Part shown: in pieces, positions 24,081 to 29,137 of the stretch | Layout of the letters: the number at the start of each line of letters is the position of its first letter | Numbering within the stretch: the stretch's first letter is position 1 | Assembly: GCA_012841465.1 (NCBI GenBank) | Contig: DUUS01000114.1 | Span: forward strand, 1-29,137 | DNA from: Mollicutes bacterium | GTDB lineage: Bacteria; Bacillota_I; Bacilli_A; RF39; UBA660 | Direction of reading: 5' to 3' | DNA length: 29,137 nt | The notes under the pieces: generated by a model | What the model saw: the letters and a program-made list of their open reading frames with translations, nothing else | Database searches by the model: none | What the model was told of the DNA's origin: nothing | Made by a program: the position numbers and the translations under genes

Positions 24081-27000
24081 ATGAAAAATAAACCAAAGAA
24101 AATAATTAAGGTAAGTTTAGGAGTATTTATTTTAATTATAATGTCGGTATTTTTAATAAATTTACCTGGAAAGGAATTTAAAGATAGAAATCTTTCAAAT
24201 TACTCGGATGATTTTACTATTAGATTAAATCAAGATGGTAAAGAAGAAAACCCTTATCAATTTTTACCATCGATTGATGAAGAGAATCATACTCCAGGAA
24301 TGTTAGTTCCAGGAAAAGATGATGTAAGGGCCGTTCAAGTTAATATTTTTAAAAACATAGGAAAAGCCATAGGTGATGGCTTTAGGAATGCAATAGATAA
24401 TCTTGGTAAATCTCTTAGAGAAATATGGGGGAATGTACAAGATGAGTTTGTGAATTGGTTAGCTGGAACTGTAGAAGAGTTATTACAAGGTTTTGTAGTA
24501 GATTTCTTTGAAGGGGCTTTTAATGTTAAAGAAGTACCAGTAATTGGAGATGATCAATATACTCTTACCGAGCAAGAACAAAGAATAAAAGAAGAAATTG
24601 CTTTAAGAGAAAAAGAACTATCAAATATCCCTGCTTTAGAAAGAGAGCTTGAAAAAAGTTTTGCAGAAATAGAAAAAGAAATAGCAAATCTTCCTAACCG
24701 TAGAGATCGTGATGAAGGATATCGATTACTAGAACGAGAAAAAGCTAAATATTATAAAGAAATTCAAGATTTAAAAAATCAATTAAATTATCAATTAAAT
24801 CAACTTAGAAAACAATTACGAGATGTTGAGTGGAGAATAGAGCGAGATCCAGATGGATATTATAATCCTAATCCTCCAGCAGATGGTTATCCAGGAAGTT
24901 CTATATATGTTGAAACAGTTAACAGCTATAAATATGTCAGTAGTTTAGTTGATGACTTTACATATAATGAGCTTAGAGTGAATTTAAGTTGTGGAGATGA
25001 GGTATATGTTACAACATGTAGCACTACTAACCGAAATGAAGCGATGTGTCAAATAGATTCTATAAACGGAACTCGAATAGGAGTTGCCTCAATACCTAAA
25101 CTTATTTTAAGAGATACTAAACCAAGTGCTAGTGATTGTGGCTACAAGAAATTGTATGCTGGAATGGCTGGGGCTAAATATTATGAGAGAAAAGGCGGAG
25201 AGCCTAAAGTGATACCTTGTGGTAGTGAAATAGATTTAGTCGGCTCAATTAATCAAGCTTGTACTTTTCAAGAAAGAGATATTTCTCGTGGTGCTTATGA
25301 TAGTACTAAACCATTTTGTGAAGCAACCTATGAAGGTAGAACAGTTTATGTACAGTGGTATGATATAACTGAGAGAAGACCTGATTCTTCTGCATGTTCT
25401 AAAAATGAGTGTGTTTCTGAAAGACCGCTTAAAAATCAAACTCATACTGAGACTGTTACAATGAAAGTTTGTTATAAAAATGACAATGGGAGATTAATTC
25501 CTGATGTAGCAGATGAACATTCAATGTATACATGTGCTCCAGGTTATACCAAAGTCATGAAAGAAAATTACTGGAATAGTACTTGTAAGACTGATAGTTA
25601 TTATGTAAAAAATACCTGTTCTAAAGAATTTGAATACCGTTGTGTGGTTTCAGATCGTCCTATTATTGCTGGTGGTGGTGGGTATGTTGGTCCAAACCAC
25701 TATGGAACTATTAGAATTAAAGGTTATGATAATAATGCTAAAAGAGGTTTAAGAGGTTATCAAATTTATACTGATTTAACTCCTACAGTTAACTCTGATT
25801 GGATTCCTTTTGCAAATAGAAATTATGAGGCAGAAGAATCTGCCACAGTAGGAATATATTTTGCTACAATTATGACTGTAGATAATATTATGGCTTATCC
25901 TACAACAATATCGATTCATGATGATGATTTATCAACAACAGCAAATATTGAAATAAGAAATGCTGCTGGAACTCATAGTTTTGGTCTTAGAGGAATTAAA
26001 TCTGATGTTACCTTAGGTAGTAATTATGATATGAAATCAAGTGAGTATGTTTTATTAAATAATAAAAATGCTCTTAAAAAAGATTCGGTTTTTGCTAACG
26101 GATTTGATCTTTTAACTAACGGTTATGAAGTTGATGTAGAAGCGGATCAAGTTGCGGTTTATGCAACGCTTACAAGTGAAGATGCTTCTTATGTTGATGG
26201 ATATGGACCTAGAACAGTTACTTTAAATTATGGTAGAAATGTTATTTTAGTTAAAATTCAAAATAAAGAAGGTAAAGAAAGAGCTTATACCTTTGTTGTA
26301 AATAGAAGAGATGTTAGAAATAATAATAATACAATTTCTAATATAACAACAAGTGTTGGTGAATTAACATTTGATCCGTATGTATCAGATTATACAATTG
26401 AAGTACCAAAAAATACTCAAACAGTAGATGTAAATGCAAGTTTAATTAATTTCACAACAGCTTTTGTTAAAGGATATGAACCTAAAACAGTAACTTTAAG
26501 TAGTGATATAACTACTAGTGAAATTAAAACGATTAGTGACGCTGGTATTGTTAGAAGTTATCTACTTACTTTTGTTAAAACGGGAACAGAAATAGAAGAA
26601 ACCATAGAAAATAGCGTTAATTTAAGTTCACTTACAATAACAGGAGCAAATATAAGATTTGATAAAAATACAACTAGTTATAATATCGGAGTTGGATATG
26701 AAGTAACTAATCTAGAAGTAAATGCTTATCCTGAAAGTGCAAATGCTACGGTTACTATACCAAAACATATACCACTTCAACCAGGTCCTAACAATTTAGA
26801 AATAATTGTAACTAATGGACCGAGAAAAAAAGTTTATAATGTCTTTATAAATCGAAAAGAAGAAAATTTAGAAGTATCTAGTGATGCAAAATTAGCCACT
26901 CTAACAGTTCAAGATTACAATATTAATTTTAAACCTGATGTACATGATTATAAAGTAAGAATTAAAAACGAAAAAACATTATTGTTTACTGCTACTCCTG

Positions 27001-27248
27001 CTCATGACCGAGCCGAAGTATATATGTATGGTAATAATGATTTAACTGCCTACAGTACAGTTAGAATCAAGGTTATTGCCGAGGATGGAACTGAAAGTCT
27101 TTATTCGGTAGATATAGTTAAAGACTTATTTGATAAAGATTTTGAAAAGACTGCAGCTATATTTGGTGGTATTATAATAGTTGTAGGTGCTATACTAATA
27201 GTAGTAATTAGAAAGCGCAAAGTTCAAAAAAGTTATGCGGAAAATTAA
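24081..27248 (+). CDS. Large surface protein: N-terminal signal/anchor, coiled coil, 14-Cys region, about four cadherin-like beta-sandwich domains, C-terminal TM anchor
   Basis: Repeated units such as ISNITTS..LTFDP.V.DY.I.V, LSSLTIT...FDKNTTSYNI.V and LATLTV....F.P.V.DY.V.I ending in V.AEDGT..YS.V; terminal IFGGIIIVVGAILIVVIRKRK. Confidence 0.85.
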   Translation: MKNKPKKIIKVSLGVFILIIMSVFLINLPGKEFKDRNLSNYSDDFTIRLNQDGKEENPYQFLPSIDEENHTPGMLVPGKDDVRAVQVNIFKNIGKAIGDGFRNAIDNLGKSLREIWGNVQDEFVNWLAGTVEELLQGFVVDFFEGAFNVKEVPVIGDDQYTLTEQEQRIKEEIALREKELSNIPALERELEKSFAEIEKEIANLPNRRDRDEGYRLLEREKAKYYKEIQDLKNQLNYQLNQLRKQLRDVEWRIERDPDGYYNPNPPADGYPGSSIYVETVNSYKYVSSLVDDFTYNELRVNLSCGDEVYVTTCSTTNRNEAMCQIDSINGTRIGVASIPKLILRDTKPSASDCGYKKLYAGMAGAKYYERKGGEPKVIPCGSEIDLVGSINQACTFQERDISRGAYDSTKPFCEATYEGRTVYVQWYDITERRPDSSACSKNECVSERPLKNQTHTETVTMKVCYKNDNGRLIPDVADEHSMYTCAPGYTKVMKENYWNSTCKTDSYYVKNTCSKEFEYRCVVSDRPIIAGGGGYVGPNHYGTIRIKGYDNNAKRGLRGYQIYTDLTPTVNSDWIPFANRNYEAEESATVGIYFATIMTVDNIMAYPTTISIHDDDLSTTANIEIRNAAGTHSFGLRGIKSDVTLGSNYDMKSSEYVLLNNKNALKKDSVFANGFDLLTNGYEVDVEADQVAVYATLTSEDASYVDGYGPRTVTLNYGRNVILVKIQNKEGKERAYTFVVNRRDVRNNNNTISNITTSVGELTFDPYVSDYTIEVPKNTQTVDVNASLINFTTAFVKGYEPKTVTLSSDITTSEIKTISDAGIVRSYLLTFVKTGTEIEETIENSVNLSSLTITGANIRFDKNTTSYNIGVGYEVTNLEVNAYPESANATVTIPKHIPLQPGPNNLEIIVTNGPRKKVYNVFINRKEENLEVSSDAKLATLTVQDYNINFKPDVHDYKVRIKNEKTLLFTATPAHDRAEVYMYGNNDLTAYSTVRIKVIAEDGTESLYSVDIVKDLFDKDFEKTAAIFGGIIIVVGAILIVVIRKRKVQKSYAEN

Positions 27249-27259
27249 GGAGTGAAAGA

Positions 27260-27859
27260 ATGAAAAAAGTGTTGAGTGTTCTAATATGTTTATTATTTAT
27301 ACCTATGGTGGTAAACGCTGAGGTAATTGATGAAAATTACAAAACCCGCATATTTTATTCAGAACAAGAGTGTTTAGATGAGTATGCTAAAAATGACCAC
27401 GAAGGAAATCAACAAGCGGTTTCAGGATTCTGGGCAGGTTGTGTGAAAATTTATTGTGATAATTCAAGAATAAAATATGATCAAATGCACCATATTTTAG
27501 AAGATATAACATGTGCTAACGGTAATCAAAATCCTAGTTATACATTAACTCAACCAGGTATAAAAGAAGGAGAGGCACCATTTGCAGGAAGCACTTGTAC
27601 TTATGAGCCTGGAGAAGAAGGGTATTTTGAAAGAGATATATGGTCTATAGACTTATATGGTTATAATTGTGAAGGTCAGGTAAACTCTAGTACAACCACA
27701 ACTACTTCAACTACAACACAAGCTAATCAAGGTGGTCATGGAGAGAAAAACCCTCAAACTGGTATTGAAACTTATTATTTAGTATTAAGTGCCTTAGTTA
27801 TAACTCTTGGTGGTAGCTTATACTTTATTAACAAAAAAGATTTATTTAAAAAGATTTAA
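27260..27859 (+). CDS. Secreted Cys-rich protein with a Thr-rich linker and sortase-type anchor (NPQTG)
   Basis: Signal peptide ending VNA, 6 Cys in the mature part, STTTTTSTTT linker, NPQTG (27749-27763) followed by a hydrophobic helix and basic tail. Confidence 0.85.
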   Translation: MKKVLSVLICLLFIPMVVNAEVIDENYKTRIFYSEQECLDEYAKNDHEGNQQAVSGFWAGCVKIYCDNSRIKYDQMHHILEDITCANGNQNPSYTLTQPGIKEGEAPFAGSTCTYEPGEEGYFERDIWSIDLYGYNCEGQVNSSTTTTTSTTTQANQGGHGEKNPQTGIETYYLVLSALVITLGGSLYFINKKDLFKKI

Positions 27860-27861
27860 AA

Positions 27862-27887
27862 ATTAATAATAATATGTTATTATTAAT
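27862..27887. repeat. AT-only 11-bp inverted repeat
   Basis: attaataataa-tatg-ttattattaat. Confidence 0.55.
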
Positions 27888-27905
27888 GTAGGTCTTGATT
27901 AAATT

Positions 27906-27935
27906 AAAAAGATATCATAACCGATATCTTTTTTT
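27906..27935 (+). terminator. Intrinsic terminator immediately before the next RBS
   Basis: aaaaagatatc-ataacc-gatatcttttt followed by Ts. Confidence 0.7.
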
Positions 27936-27954
27936 CAAAAGAGGAGTTATATAA

Positions 27955-29103
27955 ATGAAAAAGCCAATAAAAATAATTTTAATATTAACAATGTTATTAA
28001 TAGTTCAAAGAAGCGTTAATGCTTATTCTAATATACCTAAAGATATGGATTTTGGAAAATGCGTTGAATTTCAACAATCATCTCCTGAAAATGTTACGGG
28101 CGATGGGTATTTTAACCATTGTATAAAAGCAAATTGTAAAAATGGTCAATGGAGATTAAGTTATTTTAAAAATAGTAGTTTGCCATTTTGTTTAAATGGA
28201 AATAGAATGAAATATTCTCAAATAGTTGCATCAGGATGTGGGTTTTATAGTGGTTACTGTGATGGTGGTATTAGAGAAAGTTATTGTGGAATAGTAACAT
28301 ATTATGACTGTTCAAGAACAATTACTGGTATGTCATACCCTCCAGTAACACCTACTACAACAACTACAACAACTACAACAACTACAACAACTACCACAAC
28401 CACAACTACTCGAAGAACCACGAGAAAATCAAATATAACTACTAAACCAACTACAACAACTACTGCTATTAGTTCTAATAACTATATTGGAAGTTTAATA
28501 ATCGAAGGACATAATATTAATTTTAATCGAGATATTACTGAATATACTATTAATGTCTCTGATGATGTTAAGTCACTGAATATAATGGTTGTATTAGAAG
28601 ATGATAAAGCTTTTTATGAAATAACTGATAATGAAAATATAGATGTTAATATACCAGTAAAAATTACTGTTACTGCAGAAAATGAACAAATAAGAGTATA
28701 TTCTATTAATGTTAAAAAAGACAATGAGATACTTGATTCTAATTCAAAACTAGCAATATTTAAAATAACTGGTAAGAATATTGAATTTGATCCAAATGTT
28801 TTAAATTATAATATTACTATTGAAGATGAAACCGAACTTGATATATTTGTTTTACCTGAATCAGATAAAGCTACTTATCATATTAGTGGTAATGAAAATT
28901 TAAAAAACAAAAGTAAGATTACTATTACTGTAAAAGCAGAAGATGGTACTGAATCTAAATATACTATAAATGTTAAAACACCAAGTAACGTAGATGCTAT
29001 CTTAATTATTTCTTTAATAAGTATTGTAGCGATTTATGTAGGATATAAAGTTTTTAGAAAGATTTTCTTTAAAGAAAAAGAAACAACATATGAATATGAG
29101 TAG
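27955..29103 (+). CDS. Surface protein: signal peptide, 8-Cys head, poly-Thr linker, two cadherin-like beta-sandwich domains, C-terminal TM anchor
   Basis: Signal peptide ending VNA; cadherin-like units IGSLIIEG..INFNRDITEYTI.V and LAIFKITG..IEFDPNVLNYNI; TVKAEDGTESKYTINV; terminal hydrophobic helix. Confidence 0.85.
   Translation: MKKPIKIILILTMLLIVQRSVNAYSNIPKDMDFGKCVEFQQSSPENVTGDGYFNHCIKANCKNGQWRLSYFKNSSLPFCLNGNRMKYSQIVASGCGFYSGYCDGGIRESYCGIVTYYDCSRTITGMSYPPVTPTTTTTTTTTTTTTTTTTTTRRTTRKSNITTKPTTTTTAISSNNYIGSLIIEGHNINFNRDITEYTINVSDDVKSLNIMVVLEDDKAFYEITDNENIDVNIPVKITVTAENEQIRVYSINVKKDNEILDSNSKLAIFKITGKNIEFDPNVLNYNITIEDETELDIFVLPESDKATYHISGNENLKNKSKITITVKAEDGTESKYTINVKTPSNVDAILIISLISIVAIYVGYKVFRKIFFKEKETTYEYE
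28354..28410 (+). repeat. In-frame tandem repeat encoding 19 Thr
   Basis: (ACTACAACA)x4 perfect at 28354-28389, then degenerate copies. Confidence 0.9.
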
Positions 29104-29110
29104 GAAAATT

Positions 29111-29137
29111 ATGAAAAAGATTATAATAACTTTATTA
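29111..29137 (+). CDS. Start of another probable exported protein (truncated by the window end)
   Basis: ATG 7 nt after the previous stop; MKKIIITLL looks like a signal peptide. Confidence 0.55.

Noticed and set aside
25245-25445. 66-aa minus-strand ORF
   Set aside because: Antisense shadow of the large surface-protein gene.
1-29137. Alternative genetic code (TGA=Trp as in Mollicutes, or TAG reassignment)
   Set aside because: Trp is encoded by TGG, TGA ends murC and other genes, and TAG ends rnj, dnaB and priA at the expected lengths.
1-29137. CRISPR array, prophage or intact IS element
   Set aside because: No regularly spaced direct repeats, phage structural genes, transposase or catalytic integrase were seen.

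Overview
Very AT-rich (roughly 25% GC by eye) chromosomal window from a low-GC Bacilli-like bacterium. It uses the standard genetic code (TGA and TAG both end core genes). Gene content and style suggest a reduced-genome uncultured lineage such as RF39 or an Erysipelotrichales relative, which is inference. Core genes are an RNase J2-like nuclease, dnaB-dnaI, Fe/Mn SOD, murC, murG-divIB, queH, ftsY-ylxM (no adjacent ffh), tRNA-Ala(TGC), a LiaF-like/DUF4097 pair, a LexA-boxed Y-family polymerase divergent from priA, and an alpha2-type glycyl-tRNA synthetase. Accessory content is an MNT-HEPN islet with a frameshifted HEPN and an integrase-core-binding-like third gene, an orphan type IV pilin, a gene split by one in-frame amber, and a tandem array of surface proteins with Cys-rich heads on Thr-rich/cadherin-like stalks. 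The four most striking observations are (1) a miniature glycine T-box riboswitch whose Stem I is only a K-turn, 4 bp and a 7-nt GGC loop, with no Stem II; (2) a ~125-nt structured RNA with its own promoter next to tRNA-Ala; (3) a shared Cys-rich domain in the surface-protein array; and (4) even cysteine counts in seven exported proteins, suggesting disulfide bonding unusual for low-GC Gram-positives. No CRISPR array, rRNA or intact transposase/integrase was seen.
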